This document shows positions 21,241 through 31,575 of a stretch of DNA of 40,339 nucleotides, in pieces. Numbering within the stretch: position 1 is the first letter of the stretch; every line of letters begins with the position of its first letter. The stretch is from Escherichia coli. GTDB taxonomy: Bacteria; Pseudomonadota; Gammaproteobacteria; Enterobacterales; Enterobacteriaceae. The stretch lies in assembly GCF_003334815.1 (NCBI RefSeq), contig NZ_QOWO01000034.1; one strand, 5' to 3'. Position numbers and translations under genes: made by a program. Below the pieces are notes generated by a model that saw nothing but the letters and a program-made list of their open reading frames with translations, did no database searches and had not been told where the DNA came from.

Positions 21241-21260
21241 CCGGCGTTTCTCAACGCCGG
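21241..21260 (+). terminator. Hairpin CCGGCGTT-tctc-AACGCCGG immediately after ysaA
   Basis: 8-bp perfect stem. The downstream T-run is weak (…CTTTGTTT), so termination function is uncertain. Confidence 0.3.
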
Positions 21261-21279
21261 AACAGTGCGCTTTGTTTAT

Positions 21280-21377
21280 GCCAGATGCGGCGTAAACGCC
21301 TTATCCGGCCTACAAATTCTTCCAAATTCAATATATTGCAGAAATCATGTAGGCCTGATAAGCGTAGCGCATCAGGC
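21280..21377. repeat. BIME: inverted REP pair (21280-21312 and 21349-21377)
   Basis: GCCAGATGCGGCGTAAACGCCTTATCCGGCCTAC and GTAGGCCTGATAAGCGTAGCGCATCAGGC. Confidence 0.85.
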
Positions 21378-21382
21378 AATTT

Positions 21383-22636
21383 TTAGTGACTTTCAGCCCA
21401 GGCTCTTTCTATCTCTTCCGCCAGAATCTTCACCCCCGCCTCAATTTTCTCCGGCTCTGGTACGTAGTTCATGCGCATACATTGATGCGTATGCGGCCAC
21501 GGTTTATCCAGCCCTGGGAAGAAGTTGTGCCCCGGCACCATCAGCACGCCGCGTGCTTTCAGGCGCTGATAGAGCTGCTCGGTCGTAATGGGCAAATCCT
21601 TAAACCATAGCCAGAGGAAAATGGCTCCTTCCGGTTTATGAATCAGGCAGCGATTTTCCGGTAAATAGCGGCGAATGATGGCGATAGTTTCCTGAACACG
21701 CTGGTAGTAAAACGGTTTGATGACTGTTTCAGACAGGCGCAGCAGATCGTTACGCTTAATCATTTCACACATCATCGCCGGACCAATACCGCCAGGTGCC
21801 AGGCTGATAATGCCGTTCATATTGGTGATGGCGGTGATGATTTTTTCATTGGCGATGATAATGCCGCAGCGGGAGCCAGGTAGACCCAGCTTGGAAAGAC
21901 TCATGCACAGCACGATATTCGGATTCCATAGCGGGCGCGCTTCACTGAAGATGATACCCGGGAACGGGACGCCATAAGCGTTATCAATCACCAGCGGAAT
22001 GCCGTGTTGATTCGCCAGCGCGTCAAGCTTCAGCAACTCTTCGTCAGTAATCACATTGCCTGTTGGATTCGTCGGCCGGGAGACGCAAATCATCCCGGTT
22101 TCTTCGCCAATATGCAGATGCTCAAAATCGACGTGGTATTTAAACTGGCCTTCCGGCAGCAGTTCAATATTCGGACGCGCAGAGACAAACAGATCTTCTT
22201 CCAGTCCGGCGTCAGCATAGCCAATGTATTCCGGTGCAAGCGGGAACAGCACTTTTTTGACCCGACCATCGGCACGGCGTCCGGCAAACAGGTTAAATAA
22301 GTAGAAAAACGCGCTCTGGCTGCCGTTTGTTAGTGCAATATTCTGTGGTTCGATATCCCAACCCAACTTCTCGCGCAGCATTCCGGCAAGCAGTGTGAGT
22401 AGCTCCGTTTTCCCCTGTGGACCGTCGTAGTTACACAGTGCATCAGTCGCTTTGCCACTTTCCAGCATGTCGGTCAGTAGCGTCTGGAAGTAGTCCTGCA
22501 TTTCCGGGATCTGCGCCGGATTACCGCCGCCGAGCATAATCGCGCCAGGCGTGCGTAAACCGTCGTTCAGATCTTCCATCAACAGCGTAATGCCGGAGTG
22601 GCGGGTAAATTTGTCACCAAAAAGGGAGAATGTCAT
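21383..22636 (-). CDS. avtA: Valine-pyruvate aminotransferase (transaminase C) AvtA, 417 aa
   Basis: Class I PLP aminotransferase with start MTFSLFGDKFTRHSG... (ATG complement at 22634-22636). The ORF-track start at 22741 is over-extended. Confidence 0.9.
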   Translation of the reverse strand: MTFSLFGDKFTRHSGITLLMEDLNDGLRTPGAIMLGGGNPAQIPEMQDYFQTLLTDMLESGKATDALCNYDGPQGKTELLTLLAGMLREKLGWDIEPQNIALTNGSQSAFFYLFNLFAGRRADGRVKKVLFPLAPEYIGYADAGLEEDLFVSARPNIELLPEGQFKYHVDFEHLHIGEETGMICVSRPTNPTGNVITDEELLKLDALANQHGIPLVIDNAYGVPFPGIIFSEARPLWNPNIVLCMSLSKLGLPGSRCGIIIANEKIITAITNMNGIISLAPGGIGPAMMCEMIKRNDLLRLSETVIKPFYYQRVQETIAIIRRYLPENRCLIHKPEGAIFLWLWFKDLPITTEQLYQRLKARGVLMVPGHNFFPGLDKPWPHTHQCMRMNYVPEPEKIEAGVKILAEEIERAWAESH

Positions 22637-22774
22637 AGCGGGATATCTGTCGAACTCTGTAGCAAGGAAGGTAACAATAACGCTACATTTGCTGGGGTGC
22701 AAATCGGTCTGTTGAAGAGTGAGCGGTGCTTTATCCTGCAACGCTGATTAGGGCTGACATTTTATCCTGGTTGG

Positions 22775-22807
22775 CGGCTTCCCGAGGTACTGACGAACGG
22801 GAAGCCG
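22775..22807 (-). other. Strong 10-bp hairpin CGGCTTCCCG...CGGGAAGCCG just downstream of the malS stop
   Basis: Perfect inverted repeat with a 13-nt loop. There is no U-tract on either strand. It may be a processing/stability element or a rho-dependent stop for malS. Confidence 0.3.
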
Positions 22808-22813
22808 GAAAAG

Positions 22814-24844
22814 TTACTGTTGCCCTGCCCAGACGACCAGCACTTTATCGTCGCCATGCTCACGAACAAAGCCGTAGCCCTGCTTCAGCAAAAGTGTCGT
22901 TTGTTTGCCCGCGCCAATTGCGGGATGGCGGGCGCGGAACTGGCTGATTTTCTGCCAGTGCGCGACGCTGGCGGCAGATTTACCGCTAACATCCTGCCAG
23001 TTCATATCCGAACGTGTACCTTGCAGCGGATCAGAACCTGTAGGACCGAACGGACGCGAGGATTCATCACCATAAAAGATTTGTACCGCGCCTGGCGCTA
23101 ATAGTAATAACTCTGCTGCTTTGTCGCCCCCTTCACGGAACAGGCGGGTATCATGCGACGAGAGGTAGCTCAACACGTTGAAACCCTGCAATTTCTCCGC
23201 CATTTGCTGCCAGGTCGTATCCATCTGCGCCAGACAGTCGACTGCTTTCGCCGCCTGCTCCTGATAATCGAAATTGATCATCGCATCGAAGCCGTGGCGA
23301 TAGTAGTCACTTTGCATCACGCCGTGGCCCCAGGCTTCACCGGTCATCCAGAAAGGTTTGTCATCTAATGCTTTGTCGGGGTTAGCTTTTTTCCATTCGC
23401 GAAGCGCGGCGCTGGCTTCGGTTTTCAGTTGCTGCCAGGCGGGCAACTCAACATGTTTGGCGGTATCGACCCGAAAACCATCAATCCCATAGTCGCGGAC
23501 CCACTGACTTAACCAGTGGGTTAAGTAATCGCGCGGCGTATAGCCGTCAATGGCTTTGGCGTGGGTATCCATTTTGTTTTTATAGAACACCGGCAGACCA
23601 GAAGCGGTAGTTGATTCGGTTTTGATATCCGGCAAAAAGGCTAGCGACATAGTGAGATCGTCGAATCCAGGATTGTCGTAATCGCCGATATCCGTTCTGA
23701 TCCAGTTTTTTCCCCACCATTTATCCCAGCCTGTTTTGTCGCTGAAATTAATGTAATCGTTAAAGCTATGCCAGGTTTGCCCGGCGGCAGGTTTCCAGTC
23801 GCTCCAGCGTTCACCCAGCGATTTTTTCACTTCGTCACCAGAAAGATATAACGCGCCAAACTGATACTCCTGCATATCCGCCAGCGTGGCATAGCCGGTG
23901 TGGTTCATCACGACATCAAAGAGAATACGAATACCGCGCTGATGTGCGCTATCAACCAGCGTCCGTAGATCGGCTTCGTTGCCCATATTGGCATCAAGAT
24001 TCGTCCAGTCCTGTGTGTAATAACCGTGGTAGGCATAATGCGGGAAATCGCCTTTTGTACCGCCGCCGACCCAGCCGTGAATTTGCTCAAATGGGGCGCT
24101 TATCCATAAAGCATTAACGCCCAACTGCTGGAGGTAATCCAGTTTGTTGGTCAGGCCGCGTAAATCGCCGCCGTGAAAAGTGCCAATTTCCGCCATACCG
24201 TCTTTATGACGTCCGTAACTCTGGTCATTACTGGGATCGCCGTTTTCGAAACGATCTGTCAGCACAAAGTAAACCGTGGCGTTATGCCAGTCGAAAGGGG
24301 CGGATGTGTCAGTTTCTGCCCGTTCCAGCAGGAGTAAACCGTTGCTGGTGGCAGCGGGTTGTAACATTATTTGACCGTTCTTCACTATCGCAATTTGCTG
24401 GCTGTAATAATCCCGTACGGCGGCTCCTTCCGGGAAAGTGGCGCTGACATCCACTGTGAGCGGTAATCCATCCCATTTCGGGCATTCACGGACCAGGCTT
24501 GCTACCGGTTCGGCGGCGTTCTGGATGGAAATCATCAATGTTGGCGTACCGGAGCGGGTGTCTATTTGCAGCGTATATTCGCCGTCCCTGAACAATCGCC
24601 ATTGAGGCGGCGTGTTGCTACAAGGTTGCAGGGAAAGCATCTGATTGAGTTTTATCGCATCCGCAGGCTGCCAGCACTGTTGGTCAAAATTTAGCGTTAG
24701 TGGACGCGTACCTTTGGGCAACTGCGCGTGGCTGACAAATGTTCCTGTCCCCTGTTCGCTAAAGGCGGGAAACCCCGGAGAAGTCCAGCTGGCGGCAACG
24801 GCGAAGCCAGGAAGGAGTGTCAGAAAACAGGCGGCGAGTTTCAT
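22814..24844 (-). CDS. malS: Periplasmic alpha-amylase MalS, 676 aa
   Basis: Signal peptide MKLAACFLTLLPGFAVAAS. GH13 motifs (GFRVDTAKH, FDVVMNH). Confidence 0.95.
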   Translation of the reverse strand: MKLAACFLTLLPGFAVAASWTSPGFPAFSEQGTGTFVSHAQLPKGTRPLTLNFDQQCWQPADAIKLNQMLSLQPCSNTPPQWRLFRDGEYTLQIDTRSGTPTLMISIQNAAEPVASLVRECPKWDGLPLTVDVSATFPEGAAVRDYYSQQIAIVKNGQIMLQPAATSNGLLLLERAETDTSAPFDWHNATVYFVLTDRFENGDPSNDQSYGRHKDGMAEIGTFHGGDLRGLTNKLDYLQQLGVNALWISAPFEQIHGWVGGGTKGDFPHYAYHGYYTQDWTNLDANMGNEADLRTLVDSAHQRGIRILFDVVMNHTGYATLADMQEYQFGALYLSGDEVKKSLGERWSDWKPAAGQTWHSFNDYINFSDKTGWDKWWGKNWIRTDIGDYDNPGFDDLTMSLAFLPDIKTESTTASGLPVFYKNKMDTHAKAIDGYTPRDYLTHWLSQWVRDYGIDGFRVDTAKHVELPAWQQLKTEASAALREWKKANPDKALDDKPFWMTGEAWGHGVMQSDYYRHGFDAMINFDYQEQAAKAVDCLAQMDTTWQQMAEKLQGFNVLSYLSSHDTRLFREGGDKAAELLLLAPGAVQIFYGDESSRPFGPTGSDPLQGTRSDMNWQDVSGKSAASVAHWQKISQFRARHPAIGAGKQTTLLLKQGYGFVREHGDDKVLVVWAGQQ

Positions 24845-24906
24845 GGCGGATGAGTCCTTATTGCTGCGATTTCAGACAGTTTGCCAGCGATAAGCCAAAC
24901 AAAACT

Positions 24907-24935
24907 CATCCCTGAGCGGTAAGTCCACAGGATGA
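24907..24935. promoter_or_regulatory. Two MalT-box hexamers (GGATGA; complement at 24907-24912 and direct at 24930-24935) about 60-90 nt upstream of the malS start
   Basis: MalT box consensus is GGA(T/G)GA and malS is a MalT-regulon member. Exact functional sites were not verified. Confidence 0.35.
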
Positions 24936-25163
24936 GAAGCAAGGGTGAGCGATCTCGCGCAAAAAACGGCTGAATTTTGCGATAACCCCCACATTTTCTG
25001 CGATTTAGCGCCAATCTGAATCGTTAACACGTGACATAGTTTCAGATTTGGACTATTCCTTGGGGTGCTCTTGACAGCTATTTTTGATATGATTTGAGAT
25101 TCAACTCTCAAATTTGTGAAAAATATAAGGTGTTGGAATGATTAAATCCGACCAGGAGACCTG

Positions 25164-25988
25164 ATGATTTTGACTCCCATACGACGATATGGGGCGATGA
25201 TTCTTATGTTACTCACTCTGGTGTTTTCGAGTGAGGTGTTAGCGAAGACGCACACAACAACAGCGAGTCAAAAGTCCCACTTAACTAAAGCTAGTAATAA
25301 ACAGGTAAGCAGTAAACAAGAGTATTCTCGCAATAGTGCAAAGAGTAGTTCACTTCCTGATTTGCGAAAATACCCTTCCGGAACACCAAGGAAAAAGGCG
25401 TTTCTCCGGACCGTAATGCCTTACATTACCAGCCAAAATGCGGCCATTACTGCGGAACGTAACTGGCTCATTTCAAAACAGTATCAGGGCCAATGGTCAC
25501 CTGCTGAGCGTGCGCGTCTGAAAGACATCGCCAAACGCTACAAGGTGAAGTGGTCCGGTAATACGCGAAAAATCCCGTGGAATACCTTGCTTGAACGCGT
25601 AGACATTATCCCCACCAGTATGGTGGCGACGATGGCTGCAGCAGAAAGCGGTTGGGGAACGTCGAAGCTGGCGCGCAACAACAACAACCTGTTCGGCATG
25701 AAATGCATGAAAGGACGTTGTACCAATGCGCCAGGTAAAGTGAAAGGGTACTCACAGTTTAGTTCTGTCAAAGAATCGGTGAGCGCCTATGTCACTAACC
25801 TGAATACGCACCCGGCTTACTCTTCGTTCCGTAAATCGCGTGCGCAGCTGCGTAAAGCGGATCAGGAAGTGACTGCCACAGCGATGATTCACAAGCTGAA
25901 GGGCTACTCGACCAAAGGGAAGAGTTATAACAACTACCTGTTCGCAATGTACCAGGATAACCAACGGTTAATCGCGGCGCATATGTAA
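25164..25988 (+). CDS. bax: Bax protein (SH3b + glucosaminidase-like domain), 274 aa
   Basis: Signal/TM N-terminus MILTPIRRYGAMILMLLTLVFSSEVLA. The C-terminal domain resembles FlgJ-type glucosaminidase. Confidence 0.85.
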   Translation: MILTPIRRYGAMILMLLTLVFSSEVLAKTHTTTASQKSHLTKASNKQVSSKQEYSRNSAKSSSLPDLRKYPSGTPRKKAFLRTVMPYITSQNAAITAERNWLISKQYQGQWSPAERARLKDIAKRYKVKWSGNTRKIPWNTLLERVDIIPTSMVATMAAAESGWGTSKLARNNNNLFGMKCMKGRCTNAPGKVKGYSQFSSVKESVSAYVTNLNTHPAYSSFRKSRAQLRKADQEVTATAMIHKLKGYSTKGKSYNNYLFAMYQDNQRLIAAHM

Positions 25989-26001
25989 TTGCATTTCCTT
26001 G

Positions 26002-26038
26002 AGCCTTATCCGACTTGTCAGTCGGATAAGGCTTTTTA
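26002..26038 (+). terminator. Rho-independent terminator of bax: 14-bp stem AGCCTTATCCGACT / AGTCGGATAAGGCT, loop TGTC, then TTTTT
   Basis: Perfect inverted repeat plus T-run. The stem sequence is itself REP-like (CGGATAAGGC). Confidence 0.75.
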
Positions 26039-26082
26039 CTTTGTCTCAGGCAGTTGAGCTACGAGCCTGAAGCGTTGTTGGT

Positions 26083-26139
<57 letters not shown>

Positions 26140-26183
26140 CCACGCAGCGTTACCTGATGTGACGCCGACAATTCTCATCATCG

Positions 26184-27362
26184 CTACAACATGACCTCGC
26201 TATTTACATCGCGATACTCTTTTGGCGTCGTGTCATATGCTTTTTTAAAAACAGAGTAGAAATATTGCAGCGATGGATAACCGCACATTTGCGATATCTC
26301 ATTGATCGACAAGGTGGTTGAAATCAGCAGACTGCGCGCTTTCTCCAGCTTCTCGGCATGAATCATGGCATGGATGGTTTCACCCACCTCTTCTTTAAAA
26401 CGCTTCTCAAGATTGGAGCGCGAGATCCCGACCGCATCCAGTACCTGATCCACTTTAATCCCTTTACAGGCGTGATTACGAATGTAATGCATGGCCTGAA
26501 TAACGGCGGGATCGGTCAGCGAGCGATAATCTGTTGAGCGCCGTTCAATGACGCGAACTGGTGGGACCAAAATTCGCTGTAGCGGCATTTCTTCTTTATC
26601 TAATAATCGATGCAACAGTTTTGCCGCCTGATAGCCCATTTGCCGCGCGCCCTGAGCGACCGAAGAAAGGGCGACACGCGACAGATAGCGGGTCAGTTCT
26701 TCGTTATCGATGCCAATCACGCATAATTTTTCCGGTACGGGAATATGTAGATGTTCACATACTTGCAGAATATGCCGCGCTCGGGCGTCAGTAACGGCAA
26801 TAATCCCGGTTTGCGGTGGTAGCGTTTGTAGCCAGTCTGCCAGCCGATTTTGCGCGTGTTGCCAGTTCTCTGGCGCGGTTTCTAACCCCTGATAAACCAC
26901 TCCGCGATACTTTTCTTCGGCGACAAGCTGACGAAATGCATATTCGCGCTCAGTGGCCCAACGTTTGCCGCTTGATTCCGGAAGACCATAAAAAGCAAAG
27001 CGGTTAACGCCTTTCTCTTTTAAATGCAAAAATGCGCTTTCAACCAGCGCATAGTTATCGGTGGCAATGTAATGAACGGGTGGGTAACTTTCTGCAAGGT
27101 GATACGAGCCGCCAACCCCAACAATGGGGACGTCGACATCAGCCAGCGCTTGCTCGATCTGTTTGTCGTCGAAGTCGGCAATGACGCCATCTCCTAACCA
27201 GTCCTTGATTTTATCAATGCGGGCGCGGAAATCTTCTTCAATGAAAATATCCCATTCCGATTGTGACGCCTGTAAATATTCCCCTACGCCTTCTACTACC
27301 TGCCGGTCATAGGCTTTATTGGCATTGAACAGTAATGTGATGCGGTGACGTTTAGTAAACAT
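26184..27362 (-). CDS. xylR: Xylose operon activator XylR (periplasmic-binding-like sensor domain + AraC HTH), 392 aa
   Basis: MFTKRHRITLLFNANKAYDRQVVEGVGEYL... with C-terminal AraC-type HTH. Confidence 0.95.
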   Translation of the reverse strand: MFTKRHRITLLFNANKAYDRQVVEGVGEYLQASQSEWDIFIEEDFRARIDKIKDWLGDGVIADFDDKQIEQALADVDVPIVGVGGSYHLAESYPPVHYIATDNYALVESAFLHLKEKGVNRFAFYGLPESSGKRWATEREYAFRQLVAEEKYRGVVYQGLETAPENWQHAQNRLADWLQTLPPQTGIIAVTDARARHILQVCEHLHIPVPEKLCVIGIDNEELTRYLSRVALSSVAQGARQMGYQAAKLLHRLLDKEEMPLQRILVPPVRVIERRSTDYRSLTDPAVIQAMHYIRNHACKGIKVDQVLDAVGISRSNLEKRFKEEVGETIHAMIHAEKLEKARSLLISTTLSINEISQMCGYPSLQYFYSVFKKAYDTTPKEYRDVNSEVML

Positions 27363-27384
27363 GGTTCTTTTCCTGCTGAATCAT

Positions 27385-27423
27385 GCAAAAACTCAAAACC
27401 GGTAATACGTAACCGGCTTTGAG
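27385..27423 (-). terminator. Imperfect hairpin (CTCAAA..ACCGG / CCGGT..TTTGAG) followed on the minus strand by UUUUU. Partial terminator between xylH and xylR.
   Basis: Read directly. This is consistent with the known architecture, in which xylR is transcribed both by read-through from xylF and from its own weak promoter. Confidence 0.5.
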
Positions 27424-27439
27424 AAAATTTTTATCAAAA

Positions 27440-28621
27440 TCAAGAACGGCGTTTGGTTGCGGAGTCCATCCATACTGCCAGCAACAGAATCGCACCTTTA
27501 ACGATATACTGCCAGAAGGTCGGTACATCCATCATACTCATGCCGTTATCCAGTGAAGCCATGATAAATGCCCCCATTACTGCTCCGGCAACGCTTCCCA
27601 CACCGCCAGCCAGGCTGGTGCCGCCAATCACGCATGCTGCAATTGCGTCCAGTTCGGCGATATTTCCCGCAGAAGGTGAACCAGCGCCAAGTCGAGAACT
27701 AAGGATTAATCCGGCGATGGCTACCATTAATCCGTTAATCGCGAACACGGCAAGTTTGGTGCGTTCAACGTTAATCCCGGAGAGACGTGCTGCTTCCAGA
27801 TTGCCGCCGATGGCATAAATGCGTCGTCCAAATGCCGTCCGCGTTGCCATAAACATTCCGCCGAGTAACAGCAACGTCAGCAGCAGAACAGGAGTGGGAA
27901 CGCCACGGTAATCATTCAACAGCCAGATTGCGCCTAATACGATGATAGCGGTTAAAGCCTGGCGACCGACTACTGCGGTAGAGGCCGGAGACTGTAAACC
28001 CAAAGCCTGACGGCGCATTCTTCCGCGCCATTGCCAACCAACAAAAGCCATTAAGCCAAGCGCGCCAATGATGAAGCCGGTACTGGCGGGGAGATAGCTT
28101 TGCCCAATTTGTGACATCGCGGCGCTGGTGGGGGATACAGTCGTGCCGTTGGTGATGCCAATGAGTATGCCGCGAAATGCCAACATGCCCGCGAGGGTGA
28201 CAATAAATGAAGGGACTTTACGGTACGCGACCCACCATCCGTTCCAGGCACCGAGAAGCAGTCCCAGAACCAGCGTCACAATGATGGTAAGTGGCAAAGG
28301 CCAGCCTAACCAGACGTCACAAATCGCCGCGACGCCACCTAACAGCCCCATCATTGAGCCGACGGAAAGGTCGATTTCAGCAGAAATTATGACGAACACC
28401 ATTCCTACCGCGAGGATGCCGGTAATCGCGGTCTGGCGTAACAGGTTGGAGACGTTACGGGCGCTTAAGTAGGCACCATCGGTGGTCCAGGTAAAGAACA
28501 GCATGATTGCGATGATAGCTGCAATCATCACGAAGACCTGCAAATTCAGTGATTTCAGCCCGGAGAAGCCACCGGATGTCGGTACGGCCAATTTCACTTC
28601 AGACGGATTGCTTTTCGACAT
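27440..28621 (-). CDS. xylH: Xylose ABC transporter permease XylH, 393 aa
   Basis: Polytopic membrane protein [25 protein letters not shown]... Its start lies 23 nt inside the 3' end of xylG. Confidence 0.95.
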
Positions 28622-30140
28622 GATGTTCGCTCCTCAATGCGGCTTCCATCACCTGCTCCTGAGTCAGGTTATGATTTATCAGGTTGGCTTTTAGTTTCCC
28701 TTCATGCATCACCAGTACACGATCGCTAAGGCCGAGCACTTCAGGTAATTCGGAAGAGATGACAATAACGGCAATACCCTGCTGGACGAGTTGGTTAATT
28801 AATTTGTAGATCTCGTATTTCGCGCCAATATCGATACCCCTGGTGGGTTCATCAAGAATGAGAATGCGCGGGTTAAGTAACAGACAGCGAGCGAGGATCG
28901 CTTTTTGCTGATTGCCGCCGCTCAAACGTCCAATAGCAAGGTCGGGGGACGACGTTTTAACTTTGAGTTGCTGGATTGATTCCAGAATACATTTTTGCTC
29001 TGCCGCGTCATCAAGCTGGCTAATGCCACCGGTAAATTTATTGAGTGCGGCGAGGGTAATATTTTTACCAACCGCCATTACCGGAACGATGCCGTCGCGC
29101 TTTCTGTCTTCGGGGACCATCGCAATCCCCTGGGCGATGGCTTGCTGACAGTTACGAATATCTACCTGTTTGCCATCAATATAAATTTTTCCTTCCCATT
29201 GTCCGGGCCACACACCAAACAGGCACTGAATGGTCTCGGTACGTCCGGCACCAACGAGTCCGGCAATACCCAATATTTCGCCACGTTTCAGGGAAAACGA
29301 GACATCATTAACTCGTTTAATATGACGATTAACCGGATGCCATGCCGTCAGATGTTCAATACGTAATATTTCATCTCCGGTGGTATGTGGTTCATTAGGG
29401 TAAAGCGCGGTTAACTCTCGCCCGACCATCATGGTGATAATATCGTCTTCACTCATTCCGGCAGCATCACGCGTACCAATGTGCTGTCCGTCGCGAATAA
29501 CGCAAATCGTATCGGAAATCGCTTTGACTTCGTTGAGTTTGTGCGAAATATAAATACAGGCGATACCGTGCTGTTGTAGATCGCGAATAATATCCAGTAA
29601 AACCGACGTTTCCTGCTCAGTTAATGAGGCTGTCGGTTCATCGAGAATTAACAAGCGCACCTGTTTATTAAGTGCCTTGGCAATTTCAACCAGTTGTTGT
29701 TGCCCAAGCCCTAAATCGCCAACGCGGGTATCAGGTGAAATGGATAAACTGACCTGTGCGAGCAGCTTCTGACAGCGTAGCGTCATCAGGTCATAATCCA
29801 TAATGCCATTGTGGGTTATTTCGTTACCCAGGAAGATATTTTCCAGCACGGTCAATTCTTTCACCAGGGCCAATTCCTGATGAATGATGGCGATACCTTT
29901 GCGTTCGGTATCGCGGATGTGACTCGCCTGAATCTCTTCTCCCGCAAAAATAATTTCGCCTTCGTAGGAGCCATGGGGATAAATACCACACAGCACTTTC
30001 ATCAGCGTTGATTTACCAGACCCATTTTCCCCACAAAGTGAGACGATTTCGCCAGCATTCAACCGCAAGCAGACGTTATCAATCGCCTTCACACTGCCGA
30101 AGGTTTTGGTAATGTTCTTCATTTCAAGTAGATAAGGCAT
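28599..30140 (-). CDS. xylG: Xylose ABC transporter ATP-binding protein XylG (tandem ABC domains), 513 aa
   Basis: Two Walker A motifs (GENGSGKST; GLVGAGRTE) and two ABC signature motifs. Confidence 0.95.
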
Positions 30141-30188
30141 AACGACTCCACCTAAGCCAATTCATTCACGCGGCATGGAGAGAAATCA

Positions 30189-30211
30189 CGCCCCCGCTCC
30201 GCGCTGGGGCG
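30189..30211 (-). other. GC-rich intercistronic hairpin (CGCCCC...GGGGCG) between xylF and xylG
   Basis: Read directly in the 77-nt xylF-xylG spacer. It could act as a 3' stabiliser of the upstream xylF segment. Confidence 0.35.
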
Positions 30212-30217
30212 TAACGC

Positions 30218-31210
30218 TTACAGCTCGCTCTCTTTGTGGAATCCGTCTTTAATTACCGTATCTTTGATGTTGTTTTTATTCACATCGATCGGTGTCAGGA
30301 GGCGGGAGGGGACATCTTTCAGGCCATTATTCAGTGTGGTATCTGCTTTTGGTTCCTGACCATTGCCCAACTCAACGGCAATTTCTGCGGCAGTATTTGC
30401 CAACAACGTAATAGGTTTATACACCGTCATAGTTTGCGTACCGGCAGCAATACGTTTAATACCTGCGAGATCCGCATCCTGGCCGGAGATTGCTACTTTC
30501 CCTGATAAACCTTGCGCGCTTAATGCCTGAATTGCCCCACCTGCGGTGGCATCGTTTGAGGCAACTACAGCATCAATTTTGTTATTATTGGCGGTTAGCG
30601 CGTTTTCCATAATTTTCAATGCGTTTTCCGGTAACCAGCCATCAACCCATTGGTCACCAACGACTTTAATTTTTCCGGAATCAACGTAAGGTTTTAACAC
30701 TTTCATTTGTCCGGCGCGGAACAGCTTGGCGTTGTTATCTACCGGCGAGCCGCCCATCAGGAAGTAATTACCTTGCGGAACAATATCGACCAGGGCTTTT
30801 GCCTGCAGTTCACCGACTTTTTCGTTATCGAAAGAAATATAAAAATCGATATCCGCATCGTTAATCATACGGTCGTAAGCTAATACTTTAATGCCTTCTT
30901 GTTTGGCTTCTTTTACAACGTTACTTAATACCTGACCGTTATACGGAATAATGACAAGAACATCGACACCCCGGTTTATCATGTTTTCAATCTGCGACAT
31001 TTGTGTTTCTTCATTGCCATTTGCAGACTGTACAAATACTTTCGCGCCGAGAGATTCTGCCTTTTTCACAAAGATATCTCGATCTTTTTGCCAGCGTTCA
31101 AGACGGAGATCATCAATCGCCATACCTATTTTGACTTCTTTGGCGTGTGCAGCAACGTTGGTAAGCAGGAGTGAGGTGCAAAGGGTGAGTAGAATGTTCT
31201 TTATTTTCAT
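30218..31210 (-). CDS. xylF: D-xylose ABC transporter periplasmic binding protein XylF, 330 aa
   Basis: True start MKIKNILLTLCTSLLLTNVAAHA (signal peptide; ATG complement at 31208-31210). The ORF-track start at 31288 is over-extended. Confidence 0.95.
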   Translation of the reverse strand: MKIKNILLTLCTSLLLTNVAAHAKEVKIGMAIDDLRLERWQKDRDIFVKKAESLGAKVFVQSANGNEETQMSQIENMINRGVDVLVIIPYNGQVLSNVVKEAKQEGIKVLAYDRMINDADIDFYISFDNEKVGELQAKALVDIVPQGNYFLMGGSPVDNNAKLFRAGQMKVLKPYVDSGKIKVVGDQWVDGWLPENALKIMENALTANNNKIDAVVASNDATAGGAIQALSAQGLSGKVAISGQDADLAGIKRIAAGTQTMTVYKPITLLANTAAEIAVELGNGQEPKADTTLNNGLKDVPSRLLTPIDVNKNNIKDTVIKDGFHKESEL

Positions 31211-31462
31211 GGTGTAGGGCCTTCTGTAGTTAGAGGACAGTTTTAATAAGTAACAATCACCGCGATAAACGTAACCAATTTTTAGCAACTAAACAGGGGA
31301 AAACAATTACAGATTTTTATCTTTCGATTACGATTTTTGGTTTATTTCTTGATTTATGACCGAGATCTTACTTTTGTTGCGCAATTGTACTTATTGCATT
31401 TTTCTCTTCGAGGAATTACCCAGTTTCATCATTCCATTTTATTTTGCGAGCGAGCGCACACT

Positions 31463-31478
31463 TGTGAATTATCTCAAT
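31463..31478. promoter_or_regulatory. CRP-like site TGTGAattatcTCAat in the xylF/xylA divergent control region (31211-31575). A weaker second half-site lies at TGTGAaataacATAat (31484-31499).
   Basis: Partial match to TGTGA-N6-TCACA. AT-rich direct repeats at 31334-31360 (TTTGGTTTATTTC / TTGATTTATGACC) are candidate XylR half-sites. The xyl promoters are known to be CRP- and XylR-dependent. Confidence 0.4.
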
Positions 31479-31575
31479 AGCAGTGTGAAATAACATAATT
31501 GAGCAACTGAAAGGGAGTGCCCAATATTACGACATCATCCATCACCCGCGGCATTACCTGATTATGGAGTTCAAT

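Noticed and set aside
20994-21386. 130-codon + ORF running from the 3' end of ysaA through the BIME
   Set aside because: It reads through palindromic REP elements and overlaps ysaA out of frame. This is characteristic of a chance ORF.
24848-24853. GGATGA hexamer 4 nt from the malS start codon
   Set aside because: It is too close to the start codon to be a MalT activation site and probably coincides with the ribosome-binding region.
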